Positions 1 to 10,355 are shown, counted from the first letter of the stretch. The stretch: DNA of 64,000 nt from a candidate division FCPU426 bacterium (GCA_963830915.1 CAWHOE010000051.1:96001-160000), one strand, 5' to 3'. The notes: generated from the letters alone by a model not told the origin. Translations and numbers: made by a program.

Positions 1-2
1 TT

Positions 3-602
3 ACCCAATGCGCTATTTACGGAGCTAAGAGTGGTGTGGAAGTTGCTCCCAACTCCCAGCCGCAGATCATTGGGAACCGCATTACGGCGAACGGAATAGG
101 GATCGTGCTATTGTCGGATTCTGCAAGTCCTGTTATTTCCCGAAATGAGATTTACAACAACAATTATGGTATTTACTTCAAGGATTTTGGTATGCCCACC
201 ATATCGGACAATAAGATCTACAATAATTTGAAATACAACATGGTCAATTATTCCGCGAAGTCTTTAGCGGTCCCGAATAACGATTTTCGCATCGCGGACG
301 CACAGCAAATCATGAGAACTGTTTATGATGGTGCTTTCAACGCCAGCTTGGGCCGTTTGAACTTTATGCCTTTCGTCGGGATGACAGCGGGGGCTGCGGC
401 TCCAGCTCCAGTGGTCGCTAGTGCTGCCGCCACCCAAGAACAACCAGCCATCCAGGAAGAGGATTTCTGGAGCTATGGTCGACCCTTTGACGCCATGAAG
501 ATCAGCAACATCGAATCTCAAAAGAAAAAACCATCTGGCGCTATTAAGGTGTTGGCTGTAGGCGCGACGGCGGTGGTTACCGTCGTTCTTCTATTCCTAT
601 AA
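3..602 (+). CDS. 5'-truncated right-handed beta-helix (NosD/CASH-like) protein with C-terminal membrane anchor
   Basis: Frame is open from the window start. Repeats such as PQIIGNRITANGIGI / PVISRNEIYNNNYGI / PTISDNKIYNN are typical of parallel beta-helices. Hydrophobic C-terminal tail. Confidence 0.7.
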   Translation, partial: TQCAIYGAKSGVEVAPNSQPQIIGNRITANGIGIVLLSDSASPVISRNEIYNNNYGIYFKDFGMPTISDNKIYNNLKYNMVNYSAKSLAVPNNDFRIADAQQIMRTVYDGAFNASLGRLNFMPFVGMTAGAAAPAPVVASAAATQEQPAIQEEDFWSYGRPFDAMKISNIESQKKKPSGAIKVLAVGATAVVTVVLLFL

Positions 603-771
603 ATAACAAACCCAGCTCTGCAAGGCGTTTTGCTTTCCTTTGCATCTTCAGCATTCTTGTGAACCCATGAATAACTGGTCTTACAAAAATGTAAACATAA
701 CAGTGGGTGGAATTGTTTTATTGAGCAGTACACCCTTCGTTATTGTTAGTACCTAGGGCGGGTTGGAAAGA

Positions 772-1143
772 ATGGATAATAAGGATTTAAGAAACGCGCC
801 GCGTCTTCCTGTTCGAATCCCTCTCCGTGTAAGGTTGATAAAATCTCCTATAGATGAAAAACTCGACTCTGAACTTCATAATGGAAACAATGTCATGTCC
901 AATATGAGCCGAACCGGATTTTTTTTGAGCACCAAGAATTATTTTGAGATTAATTCGGTCATAGAAGTTGAGTTTCCAATGGAACAGTTTGACGAGGTAA
1001 TTAAGGCCGAGGCGGAAGTGGTTCGGGCTAACCATCAAAATTTCCCGAATCATGGACGTTATGAATATGGGCTGCGATATGTATCCATGCATCCTCATTT
1101 TCGCGAGGTTTTGAACAAATTCTTCAATTTGATGGGTGGATAA
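772..1143 (+). CDS. PilZ domain protein (putative c-di-GMP receptor)
   Basis: RNAPR (RxxxR) and NMSRTG (D/NxSxxG) motifs, plus the YGLRY strand near the C-terminus. Confidence 0.85.
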   Translation: MDNKDLRNAPRLPVRIPLRVRLIKSPIDEKLDSELHNGNNVMSNMSRTGFFLSTKNYFEINSVIEVEFPMEQFDEVIKAEAEVVRANHQNFPNHGRYEYGLRYVSMHPHFREVLNKFFNLMGG

Positions 1144-1229
1144 GGCTGCAAGATCCTTCTCACAACCATTCGTTGTTATTTCCTTCCTTGTCGTGCTAAA
1201 ATCTCGCTTATTTTTTCAAAGGAGTCGTT

Positions 1230-1745
1230 ATGCGATTGTTTACATTTTTCTGCTGCATGCTGGTTGCTTCCGTTGCTTGCGCCAAGGATTTCAAAGTCGC
1301 GACTGTTGACCTTCAGAAACTTTTCAAGGAATATCCGGGAACTAAAGCCGCTCACGATAAATTGAGCACTTTGGCCCAAAAGAAGGAAAAAGAACTGTTG
1401 CCCGCGAAGAAAGAGCTTGAGGATCTTGACGCTGAACTCAAGAATTCGGCCTCGGTTCTTTCATCCAAACAGAAAAAAGAAAAGCAATATTTGCTTGAAA
1501 AGAAATATGAGGATTTCAAGCAACAACAAACACAGGTGGAAAATGATCTGGCCGCTAAGGAAGCTGATATGACCCAAGGTATCCTTGGAGAGATCAAGAC
1601 GGTGGTGGCGGAAGTTGCCAAGGACAGCGGTGTCGACCTGATCCTGGACGCTGATAAGACCGTCTATGCGAAGGACTCACAGGATCTCACAGACGCCGTC
1701 ATGAAAAAATTCAAAAGCGCAGCACCAGCCGATTCAGATAAATAA
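1230..1745 (+). CDS. skp: OmpH/Skp periplasmic chaperone
   Basis: Signal peptide, KVATVDLQKLF N-terminus, long coiled coil, DLILD...DLTDAV C-terminus; lies directly upstream of lpxD. Confidence 0.9.
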   Translation: MRLFTFFCCMLVASVACAKDFKVATVDLQKLFKEYPGTKAAHDKLSTLAQKKEKELLPAKKELEDLDAELKNSASVLSSKQKKEKQYLLEKKYEDFKQQQTQVENDLAAKEADMTQGILGEIKTVVAEVAKDSGVDLILDADKTVYAKDSQDLTDAVMKKFKSAAPADSDK

Positions 1746-1767
1746 TCCTTCGTTGAAAGTGGCTCCT

Positions 1768-2807
1768 ATGGGCGTTTCTTTTTCAATCGAGGAATTGGCG
1801 CGAGAGATTGGTGGAACATTCAAGGGCGATGGTTCCCTGAGGATATCAGGGATCGGCCCTTTGGATTCGGCAAAAGAAGGCGATTTGACCTTCGTAACCA
1901 ACCCGAGGTACGTAAAAAAAGCTGAAACCACCGGGGCATCCGCCATCCTTTCTGATAGGGAATTACCTGGTGTACAGAAACATTCCTTTTGGCCAAAAAT
2001 CCATACGCAACACTAGCCAGACTCATTGAACTATATCATCCATCGGCCAGGCCTGAGGCTGGGGTGCAGGATGGAGCTTGGGTTCATCCCACGGCTACCA
2101 TCCACCCCCAAGCAAGTATTTATCCGGGGGTTTGTGTAATGGCTGGCGCAGAGGTTGGGGCAAAAAGCATTCTTTATCCTGGCGTTGTGGTCGGAGATAG
2201 CGTTGTCATCGGCGAGGGTTGCATACTTTATCCAAACGTTACGGTCCGTGAGAAATGCGCACTTGGAAATAGGGTCATCCTTCAACCTGGGGTGGTTATA
2301 GGAGCGGATGGTTTCGGATTCGCGCCCGATCAGGGGGCCTACGTGAAAATTCCCCAGATCGGGAATGTTGTCCTTGAGGACGATGTTGAGATAGGTGCGA
2401 ATACCTGTATTGACAGGGCTGCCTTGGGCTCTACCAGGATCGGAAAAGGTACCAAAATGGACGATCTGGTCATGGTCGGCCATAACGTCATTGTCGGCCA
2501 GAACACGATCATAGTTTCCCAAACGGGTATCTCCGGGTCCACCCAGATCGGAAACCATGTGGTGATGGGGGGGCAGGTTGGTTTAGCGGGCCATTTAAAA
2601 ATCGGGGATAATGTCACTTTAGCGACCCGTACCGGTGTCATGGAAGACATTCCTGAAAAAGGGGTCTATTGGGGCTCTCCTTCTTCGGACATGGCTACCG
2701 AAATGAAAAATGTGGCCGCTTATCGTCAATTGCCTGAAATGATCAAAAGACTTCGGAGACTCGAGAAGGAAGTTGCCAAGCTGACGGGCGGGGAAACTCA
2801 TGGCTGA
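1768..2807 (+). CDS. lpxD: UDP-3-O-acyl-glucosamine N-acyltransferase (split by a 1-nt frameshift near 1978-1981)
   Basis: ORF 1753-2016 gives the LpxD N-terminal domain (ELAREIGG..GD...ISGIGPLDSAKEGDLTF). ORF 1989-2807 gives hexapeptide repeats, GADGFGF and IGANTCIDR. Adding one A to cagaaacattc restores ...GVQKTFLLAKNPYA. Confidence 0.9.
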
Positions 2808-4122
2808 GACATCAACTTTCCGTAAACAACGAACTCTGGCTCGAACCGTTTTTATCGAGGGAACAGGTCTTCATACTGGTTCCCAGGGGAAAGTCACTTT
2901 GGTACCTGCCCCCGATGGAGCTGGGATACAGTTCTATCGGACCGACCTTGCGGCCGCCATCCCGATGACACCGAAGGGTGTGACCAGCACGGCCAGAGGA
3001 ACCACCCTGACTGGCGAGAAGAACGCTAGCGTTCATACTGTGGAGCATCTGCTTGCCGCCATTACCGGGGCTGGCATTGACAATCTTCGCATTGAAATGG
3101 ATATGGAAGAAGTTCCCATTTTGGATGGAAGCGCGTCACTTTATTCTCGTCTTATCCATGGAGCGGGATATGTCGAGCAACAAAAATCGGTGGATCCCAT
3201 CCGGATCACTGAAACCCTGGAATTCCAGTTCGGGGATATTACGGTCAAAGCGGAACCCGCAGAAAAGCTTTTTCTGGATGTCTCCATTTCCTTTCCTTAT
3301 CCAGGTTTGGAATCCCAACGGTATGTTTTTGAGCTTGAGGAAGGTTCCTTTGAAAGGGAATTGGCTCCGGCCAGAACTTTTTGTTTCGAGGAAGAAGTGG
3401 AGGCCCTCAGAAAACAGGGTCTGATCAAGGGCGGCAACCTTCAATGCGCCATAGTCATGGGGAAAAAAGGAACCTTGAATGGTCCGCTCAGGTTCGATGA
3501 TGAGATAGTCCGGCATAAGACACTGGATCTGTTGGGGGACTTAACGCTTTTAAACAGACCTTTGATCGGTAAGATCACTGTTCGGAAGGCTGGCCACCGA
3601 TATCACGTGGAGCTGGCAAAAGCAATATTGGAGAAGTTCGGAAAGTCTGTTGATCAAAATCAACATAAGGGGGGAGCAATAATGCTCGATATTTTAGGAA
3701 TTCAAAAGGCGTTGCCGCACCGTTATCCTTTCTTGTTGATCGACCGGGTCTTGGAATTGGACGATAAAAAAGTGGTTGCGATCAAGAATGTGACCATCAA
3801 TGAGCCTTTCTTTCAGGGTCATTTCCCTGGTCATCCAATCATGCCGGGAGTATTGGTCATCGAGGCCATGGCCCAAGCCGGTGGGGTCATTTTCTTGCAC
3901 AATAGCGATGGTAAGAAAATTCTCTATCTGGCTGGTGTGGACAAAGCGAAATTCAGAAAACCTGTCTTGCCTGGCGACCAAATACGTTTTGAAGTGGAAG
4001 TGTTGGTCCTGAAATCCAAGGTTGGTAAGATCGCCGGTAAGGCCATCATTGATGGAAAAGTCGCGGTCCAAGCTGAGCTCACTTGCGCTATCGTGGATTT
4101 CAACGAAATGAACAAGGAATAA
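2800..4122 (+). CDS. lpxC/fabZ: bifunctional LpxC/FabZ fusion
   Basis: LpxC motifs GTGLHTG, HTVEHLLA, ARTF and HKTLDLLGD, followed in frame by FabZ motifs LPHRYPFLLIDRV and FQGHFPGHPIMPGVL. Confidence 0.95.
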   Translation: MAETSTFRKQRTLARTVFIEGTGLHTGSQGKVTLVPAPDGAGIQFYRTDLAAAIPMTPKGVTSTARGTTLTGEKNASVHTVEHLLAAITGAGIDNLRIEMDMEEVPILDGSASLYSRLIHGAGYVEQQKSVDPIRITETLEFQFGDITVKAEPAEKLFLDVSISFPYPGLESQRYVFELEEGSFERELAPARTFCFEEEVEALRKQGLIKGGNLQCAIVMGKKGTLNGPLRFDDEIVRHKTLDLLGDLTLLNRPLIGKITVRKAGHRYHVELAKAILEKFGKSVDQNQHKGGAIMLDILGIQKALPHRYPFLLIDRVLELDDKKVVAIKNVTINEPFFQGHFPGHPIMPGVLVIEAMAQAGGVIFLHNSDGKKILYLAGVDKAKFRKPVLPGDQIRFEVEVLVLKSKVGKIAGKAIIDGKVAVQAELTCAIVDFNEMNKE

Positions 4123-4125
4123 GAA

Positions 4126-4911
4126 ATGACGGTTAATAATCCCCTGATCCACCCCACCGCGGTCATTCACCACAAAGCTGTCCTGGGGGATGGTGTGATC
4201 ATCGGCCCATATGCTGTCATCGATGAACATGTGACCATTGGGAATGGCACTTCCATAGGTCCCCATGCCGTTATCACTGGCCACACAAAACTGGGTCAAC
4301 GGAACAGAATTTTTTCTGGGGCGGTGGTGGGTAGCGAACCACAAGATGTTAAATACCATGGCGAAGAAACGTGGCTGGAGATAGGGGACGATAATATCAT
4401 CCGGGAACATGCCACCATCAATCCAGGCACTGGGGAAGGATCCAAGACAGTCATCGGCAATGACAACTGGTTGATGATCCAGACCCATGTGGGCCATAAC
4501 TGCGTGATCGGAAATCACATCAAGCTTGCCAATCTAGTGACCTTGGGAGGCCACGTCCAGATCGAGGATTATGCCACCATCGGCGGGGTCACTCCTGTCC
4601 ACCAATTCTGCAGGATCGGCTGCTACTCGATGATCGGAGGGGGGTTCCGTGCAGTCCAAGATGTGGTCCCTTATATGATCGCGGGCGATGAACCGTTGAC
4701 GATACATGGCATCAACCAGATCGGCCTGGAACGGAACAACTTCTCCAAAGATACCATCGAGACCCTGAAAAAAGCGCATAAGGTTATTTTCAGGAAAAAT
4801 CTTATCTTGAAAGAAGCGATCCAGGTGTTGATGTCTGAGTTTCCCAAACTGCCAGAGATCATTCACCTCATACAGTTCCTGGAAACATCATCCCGCGGCA
4901 TTGTGCGGTAA
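4126..4911 (+). CDS. lpxA: acyl-ACP--UDP-GlcNAc O-acyltransferase
   Basis: IHPTAVI, EPQDVKY, HVGHNC, VHQFCRIG and GINQIGLER motifs. Confidence 0.95.
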   Translation: MTVNNPLIHPTAVIHHKAVLGDGVIIGPYAVIDEHVTIGNGTSIGPHAVITGHTKLGQRNRIFSGAVVGSEPQDVKYHGEETWLEIGDDNIIREHATINPGTGEGSKTVIGNDNWLMIQTHVGHNCVIGNHIKLANLVTLGGHVQIEDYATIGGVTPVHQFCRIGCYSMIGGGFRAVQDVVPYMIAGDEPLTIHGINQIGLERNNFSKDTIETLKKAHKVIFRKNLILKEAIQVLMSEFPKLPEIIHLIQFLETSSRGIVR

Positions 4912-4916
4912 GGTTC

Positions 4917-5726
4917 ATGCCTTCTTCTCGCCTCGTGGGATTGATTGCCGGAGCCGGAGATTTGCCTTTGATTTTCGCCCGTAGAGCCAGGGTGGAAGGA
5001 ATCCGATTAGCGACGGTTGGTCTGAAAGGCTTGACTTCACCCAAATTGGTTCCGTTGAGCGAGCAATTCACTTGGATATCCCTGGGCCAGTTAGGTTCTC
5101 TCCTTTCGTTCTTTAATAAAAACAAGGTTTCTCAAACGGTCATACATGGCAAAGTCCAGCTTTCCAGCATCTTTCGGAGTGTCCGGTTGGATCTCAAAGC
5201 CTTATCGTTATGGATAAGGATGAAAGACCGCTCTGGGGAATCGATCCTAAAAAACCTAGCCGATGAATTGGCCAGGAATGGCACGAAGGTTTTGGATGGC
5301 CGATATCTGATGACGGATTATCTGGCTATTAAAGGGTGCTTGACCAAAACCAGCCCTGATAAAAAAACCATCGTTGATATCACTTTGGGTCTTTCCAAGG
5401 CCAGATCACTGGCGAGAGCGGGTATTGGGCAAGTTTTGGCTATCAAGCAGGGAACGGTTGTGGCGGTGGAGGCTGTGGAAGGGACCGACGAGACGATCCA
5501 TCGGGCGGGTCATTGGTCTGGCCCTGGTATCATCCTCATCAAAACAGCCAGCCCGAAACAGGATTGGCGTTTTGATGTTCCCACCATTGGATTAAAAACT
5601 ATCGAGGGTTTGGCCAAGGCCAAGGCCAAGGGCCTTGTTCTGGAATCGGGAAAATCCTTCCTGTTGAACAGGGAGAAGGCAGTTGCCCTGTCCAACAGGA
5701 CGGGAATGTTTATTTTAAGTGTTTGA
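4917..5726 (+). CDS. lpxI: UDP-2,3-diacylglucosamine diphosphatase LpxI
   Basis: GLIAGAGDLP, IGQ, AVEAVEGTD and QDWRFDVPTIG motifs; follows lpxA. Confidence 0.9.
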   Translation: MPSSRLVGLIAGAGDLPLIFARRARVEGIRLATVGLKGLTSPKLVPLSEQFTWISLGQLGSLLSFFNKNKVSQTVIHGKVQLSSIFRSVRLDLKALSLWIRMKDRSGESILKNLADELARNGTKVLDGRYLMTDYLAIKGCLTKTSPDKKTIVDITLGLSKARSLARAGIGQVLAIKQGTVVAVEAVEGTDETIHRAGHWSGPGIILIKTASPKQDWRFDVPTIGLKTIEGLAKAKAKGLVLESGKSFLLNREKAVALSNRTGMFILSV

Positions 5727-5820
5727 TAACGTGACTTAAATTACCGTGTGTTTTCTTTTAATATAGGTAATGTTTTTTCAAAGCTGGACAAAGTTTTTGC
5801 CTTAGTTTGGTTTTTATCCT

Positions 5821-6909
5821 TTAACGGTTCTTCCGAATGATCAGGATTGGTCCGCCGATAGCGAAAAGGATGTTCATAGACCACATGGATAAAAAGGGCG
5901 ATAGAACACCTTCATAGCCCAGGTTCTGCCCGATCTGCATGCCACCCAAATAGAAAAAAGCCATCATGATGCAAATGCCGAAGCTCATCACCACCCCGCT
6001 GAAGCGGCCCATGCCCCAACCCCAAGGAACGCCCAGAAGGGCCAGTATGACGCAACCAAAAGGGAAGGCAAGTTTCTTATGGAATTCAACGAGTTCCTTG
6101 TGGCAATCCGAACCGTTGCGTTCCAGTTGGCGGATATAGTCGACTAATTCTGGAAGGTTCAACTCGCCTGGTTCCTTCTGCTCTTTAATGAAATCGTAAG
6201 GTTTTTCGGGAAGGGAATAAGGCATGTGGTCGAAGGCCTGGGCGGATTGCTCGACATCGTTGACATCGAAAACCCGATAAAAACCGTTATAAAAGACCCA
6301 CTGGCCATTCTCGAATTTGGCCCTTGCGGCGTCGATCCTGGCTTTTAAATGAACCCCGTTGTCGAATTGGAGGATGAGGACGTCTGTCATCGTATTCGTG
6401 TTTCCGTCGTAGGTGCCGATATGGTAAATGCCGTTATTTGCCCCCCGGATTGAGATGTTCTGCCGTACTAAATTGATCCCTGACTCGGATTGTTTCTCGA
6501 TTTCAACGACCTTGGTGTGATGCCGCATTTGGTTCGATTTGGGCACAACGATCTCGTTGAAACCCAGGCTTAGAAAGGAAATGATCAGACCCGCAAAGAA
6601 CAGAGGGATGGCCACCATGAAGATATTAACCCCGCCCGCTCTCATCGCGATAAGTTCATTGGATTTGGCCAATCCGCTCAGGGCGAATAACACGGCGAAT
6701 AGTACGGACAAAGGCACGATAAGGATCATCAGTTCAGGGACCTGAAGGGAGAAATATTTTAAGGTTAGGAGTATGCCTGGTTTGTGTTCTAGGATGAATT
6801 TGATATCGTTGAATACTTGCACGATTAGGATAAGTACGGAGAAAGAGGCCAGGGAAAGCAAAAATGGCTTCAGGAACTCAGCGAGAATATAGCGGGTCAA
6901 TAACTTCAT
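5821..6909 (-). CDS. lptG: LPS export ABC transporter permease LptG
   Basis: SNELIAMRAGG, multi-TM with periplasmic beta-jellyroll, KKLAFPF; second gene of an lptF/lptG tandem. Confidence 0.88.
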   Translation of the reverse strand: MKLLTRYILAEFLKPFLLSLASFSVLILIVQVFNDIKFILEHKPGILLTLKYFSLQVPELMILIVPLSVLFAVLFALSGLAKSNELIAMRAGGVNIFMVAIPLFFAGLIISFLSLGFNEIVVPKSNQMRHHTKVVEIEKQSESGINLVRQNISIRGANNGIYHIGTYDGNTNTMTDVLILQFDNGVHLKARIDAARAKFENGQWVFYNGFYRVFDVNDVEQSAQAFDHMPYSLPEKPYDFIKEQKEPGELNLPELVDYIRQLERNGSDCHKELVEFHKKLAFPFGCVILALLGVPWGWGMGRFSGVVMSFGICIMMAFFYLGGMQIGQNLGYEGVLSPFLSMWSMNILFAIGGPILIIRKNR

Positions 6910-8069
6910 CTTTTTTTACTTCTCCTTGAGGATTTTCGCTTCAGATTTCGGATGAAATCGAACGCCGAATGCTCGTTGATGACCAAATAATAGATCAAAA
7001 AGCCAGCTAGTGTCAGTATCACGTTCGCCCACCAAATGCCGATGACTGGGCTGATCAGTCCTCGGTCGCTGAGGATTTCACCTAGGATGAACATCAAGTA
7101 ATAAAGGAAGATCATGGACAACCCGAGCACGAAACCAATGAAGCCTTTTGACCTGGTCCAAAGACCCAAGGGGGCGCAAAACCAGGTGAGGGCTAAACAG
7201 GCAAAAGGCAGGGAAAGTCGTTTTTGAAATTCCACTCTTAAGCTGTTCCTTCTGCCTTCGTCGATGGAAGTCCGAATGCCCTCCGAAAGCTCGCTTAGGT
7301 TCATTTCCTCATAATCTTTCTGAACGTCGGTCAAATGAGATAATTGGTTCTCCAACTTTAGGTGGATGGTGTAATGATCGAATTTAAGATGGTTATAGGT
7401 GTGGTAATTGATGTTATCCCAGGTCATGACTCCGTCATTTAGCTGGAAAAAAAGTTGCAGGGTATTTCGGTCGGTCAGAAGGCGTCCTGTTTGGGCGACC
7501 GTTGTCTGCAGAGGGGCATGGGGAGAAACCCGATTGAACATCTGCACATTCTTGAAGGTTCCGTCATGGTCCTGGGAATCGATATAAAACTGGTAGCCCT
7601 CAAAGAGGTTGATAAAGATCCTTTCGCGAAGGGCGATATCGGCCTGTTCCTTGAGGATCTTGAAATGGATCTTCTTGAAGGTGAAGTTTGCGGCTGGTAA
7701 GACCTCGTGGTTGAAGTACACCATTACCCCGGTCATCAAGAAGCCCAGGACCAACACGGGATAAATGAGATGGAAAAGATGGACGCCGCTACTCTTGAAC
7801 GCTGTCACTTCCATGTCCGAGCTCATCCTGCCAAAAGCCAATAGGGTAGCCATCATCATGGACATGGGTATGGTCAGGGACAAAACAAAAGGGACCAAAC
7901 TAAGGTAAAGAAGCAGGGTGTCAAATAGGGGCACTTTTTTATTCATGACCATATCCAAAAGAAGAAAAACCTTATTGATAAGGAAAAGGAAGGTAAGAAT
8001 GGCCAGGCTCAAGAGGAACGAAGGGAGCATTTCCTTGAGGACATAAGAGTATATTTTTTTCAATTCCAT
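6906..8069 (-). CDS. lptF: LPS export ABC transporter permease LptF
   Basis: FGRMSSDMEVTAFKSSG and EFQKRLSLPFAC motifs. Confidence 0.88.
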   Translation of the reverse strand: MELKKIYSYVLKEMLPSFLLSLAILTFLFLINKVFLLLDMVMNKKVPLFDTLLLYLSLVPFVLSLTIPMSMMMATLLAFGRMSSDMEVTAFKSSGVHLFHLIYPVLVLGFLMTGVMVYFNHEVLPAANFTFKKIHFKILKEQADIALRERIFINLFEGYQFYIDSQDHDGTFKNVQMFNRVSPHAPLQTTVAQTGRLLTDRNTLQLFFQLNDGVMTWDNINYHTYNHLKFDHYTIHLKLENQLSHLTDVQKDYEEMNLSELSEGIRTSIDEGRRNSLRVEFQKRLSLPFACLALTWFCAPLGLWTRSKGFIGFVLGLSMIFLYYLMFILGEILSDRGLISPVIGIWWANVILTLAGFLIYYLVINEHSAFDFIRNLKRKSSRRSKKR

Positions 8070-8210
8070 CCCTTTACTCGACGGATCGGTAGTGCTAAAG
8101 AAGCGTTTTCGAAAGGCAGTATAACATAGGGTTTCGAGAGGTAACTAAGGCAGGTTAAGACTTTCACCTGGCGTATTTTTCTCATGGTTGTCTGAAATTT
8201 CTCCTACCAA

Positions 8211-8241
8211 TCGTCCATTGAGTGAGCTTTTCCGTCCCTTC
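8211..8241 (+). promoter_or_regulatory. putative LytTR-binding direct repeat (tcgtccatt / ccgtccctt, 21-bp period)
   Basis: CGTCC cores at 8212 and 8233 upstream of the LytS/LytTR operon; a 21-bp period is typical of LytTR sites. Confidence 0.45.
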
Positions 8242-8301
8242 GGGTCTGGATGGACGTGGGGTTGATCCGTTTGGGATATTTTTAATGGGGGAGATCCAGG
8301 C

Positions 8302-8442
8302 ATGGAAAAAACAAAAAATAACCTATGGAACTTTTCCTCAATTGATATGATTTGGGCTAGGAAAAGCAGTCCCGGGTCTTTTTCCCCAGCCCCCCAAAAC
8401 ATCTCCCCTCAGGATTTATGGGGGAAAAGGCTATTTCGATGA
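8302..8442 (+). CDS. unannotated 46-aa small ORF coupled to the histidine kinase
   Basis: GGGGGAG SD at about 8287-8293; MEKTKNNLWNFSSIDMIWARKSSPGSFSPAPQNISPQDLWGKRLFR; stop overlaps the kinase ATG (ATGA at 8439-8442). Confidence 0.45.
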   Translation: MEKTKNNLWNFSSIDMIWARKSSPGSFSPAPQNISPQDLWGKRLFR

Positions 8443-9587
8443 ACCTTTGGAAAAAGATTCTGTCTTTGGATTTTGAGACGGAATACATACGGTCCTTCCT
8501 TAAGCTCCTCTTTTTTTGGAATCCACTCTGGAACCTTGCTTTGTGTCTTTTGACCGGCGATAGGGAGATCGAGTCCATCCTATTCCGATGGGGTTGGAAT
8601 TTCTCCGAACTGACACTTATAGGTTTATTAGCCATGATGCTGATGAAAGTCTACCTTTGGGGTGAGAAACTTTGGACGAGCCGGAGAGGTAAGGCGTCTC
8701 TTCACCATCGAACTGGCTGGTATCTCCTTCTACTTGCCTTTTTTATACCCCCGGGGCTTTATTTGGCATTAAGAATGATGGTAACCGGCATAAACTTGTT
8801 CTTCCCGGGTGACCCGATATCCGTGGTATTTAAATGGACTTATTACTGGAACCAGATTTTTTGGGGTTGGATGCTTTTATTGGTCTGCTCCCTTTTCATA
8901 TCCTGGCAAGATCTGAAGGAAGCGGCGAACATTAGTCAATTAAGGGCGGAGGAGTTGGAAAAAGAGAGACTTCAGGCCCTTCTGACCAAATTAAAAGACC
9001 AGATGAATCCCCACTTTCTTTTCAACACATTGAATACCGTGGCTTCCTTGATATCGGCGGACCCCTCCATGGCTGAAAAGGTGGTGGTCAAACTCTCGAC
9101 TCTCTTTCAGGGCATATTGGCGGCAACCCGAAAGACACATCAGCCACTGGAAAAAGAACTGGAATTTTGTAGGGATTACTTGGATATCGAAAAAGCCCGT
9201 TTTGGGTCGAGGTTAAAGGTCAATTTTGGCATTCAAGGTGATATCGATCCAAGCCGAGTTTGGGTGCCGGTACTTTTATTCCAACCGATGGTGGAAAACG
9301 CTGTCAAGCACGGGATTTCTTCCCGCGCCAATGGAGGGGAAATCTGGATAGGCGCTGCAGAAAAGAATGGTCAACTGGAGCTCTGGGTGGAGGATGATGG
9401 CGTCGGTTTTGGCCAGTCCCCATACCGGGGATCGGGAACGGCCTTGGAAAATTGTAGAAAGAGGTTGGAATTGGGGTACGGGAACGAAGGTCGAATGGAA
9501 ATTACTAACAGGGAAGGGGGAGGGACCCGGGTATGTCTGATCCTTCCTTTGGTCACCGCTGACCCCTCCCATCAGGAGGAATCATGA
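8439..9587 (+). CDS. LytS/YehU-family sensor histidine kinase
   Basis: TM helices, then LKDQMNPHFLFNTLN, QPMVENAVKHG, EDDGVG and GTALEN; start placed at ATG 8439 (ORF track uses 8418). Confidence 0.92.
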   Translation: MNLWKKILSLDFETEYIRSFLKLLFFWNPLWNLALCLLTGDREIESILFRWGWNFSELTLIGLLAMMLMKVYLWGEKLWTSRRGKASLHHRTGWYLLLLAFFIPPGLYLALRMMVTGINLFFPGDPISVVFKWTYYWNQIFWGWMLLLVCSLFISWQDLKEAANISQLRAEELEKERLQALLTKLKDQMNPHFLFNTLNTVASLISADPSMAEKVVVKLSTLFQGILAATRKTHQPLEKELEFCRDYLDIEKARFGSRLKVNFGIQGDIDPSRVWVPVLLFQPMVENAVKHGISSRANGGEIWIGAAEKNGQLELWVEDDGVGFGQSPYRGSGTALENCRKRLELGYGNEGRMEITNREGGGTRVCLILPLVTADPSHQEES

Positions 9588-10333
9588 TCAAGGTCATGAT
9601 CGTGGACGACGAGGCGCCAGCTCGGGCCCGTTTAGCCCGTATGTTGGCAGGTTTTCTCGATCTTCAATTGGTCGGTGAGGCGTCCAATGGATTAGAAGCT
9701 CTCCAGGCAGCCCAAGATTTGAAGCCCAATCTGGTGTTCCTGGACATCGAAATGCCGGAACTTTCAGGCCTTGAAGTGGCTGAAGCCTGGGGTGGTGAGG
9801 GTCCAAGCGTAGTATTTGTGACGGCTTATAGCGAGCATGCTTTGAAAGCATTCGAGCTTTCCGCCTTGGATTATCTGGTGAAACCGGTGTCTCCTGAACG
9901 ATTGGCCGAGACGGTGGAGCGGGTCAAGAAACGAAAAGACTCGCCCAGTTCAGCGACCTTGCAGAAGTTCTTAGAACAAATGGAACAGGGAATGGCCAAG
10001 CATCGGATGGCCGTTAAATGCGGGTCTAAGTACAAAGTGTTCAATCCATCCCAGGTCTCGGCGATCGTGGCCAAAGACCATTACGCCGTCTTGCTGGTGG
10101 AAGGGCAGGAACTATTGGCCGATGATCGGTTGGATGTTTTAGCCAGCAGGTTGGATCCCAAGAAATTCCTGCGTATACACCGGAGCGCCATCATCAACCT
10201 GGATTATTTGAAGGAATTAGAGCATGAGGGAGATCGGAAGTACTTAGCCGTCCTATCAGATCCGGCCAAAACCAGGCTTCCTGTCAGCCGAGAAAGGCTG
10301 GATGATTTGAAGAAGGAATTGGGGTTGCATTGA
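9584..10333 (+). CDS. LytTR-family response regulator
   Basis: IVDDE, FLDIEMP, FVTAY and DYLVKP receiver motifs; FLRIHRSAIINL and LPVSR LytTR motifs. Confidence 0.95.
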   Translation: MIKVMIVDDEAPARARLARMLAGFLDLQLVGEASNGLEALQAAQDLKPNLVFLDIEMPELSGLEVAEAWGGEGPSVVFVTAYSEHALKAFELSALDYLVKPVSPERLAETVERVKKRKDSPSSATLQKFLEQMEQGMAKHRMAVKCGSKYKVFNPSQVSAIVAKDHYAVLLVEGQELLADDRLDVLASRLDPKKFLRIHRSAIINLDYLKELEHEGDRKYLAVLSDPAKTRLPVSRERLDDLKKELGLH

Positions 10334-10355
10334 CTTGGAACAGAAGCGGAGAGTC

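Noticed and set aside
603..771. c-di-GMP riboswitch upstream of the PilZ gene
   Set aside because: No GEMM-like conserved motif or convincing stems seen
1753..2807. lpxD as a pseudogene or programmed frameshift
   Set aside because: Both halves are intact, there is no canonical slippery heptamer, the gene is normally essential, and similar indels recur in the window
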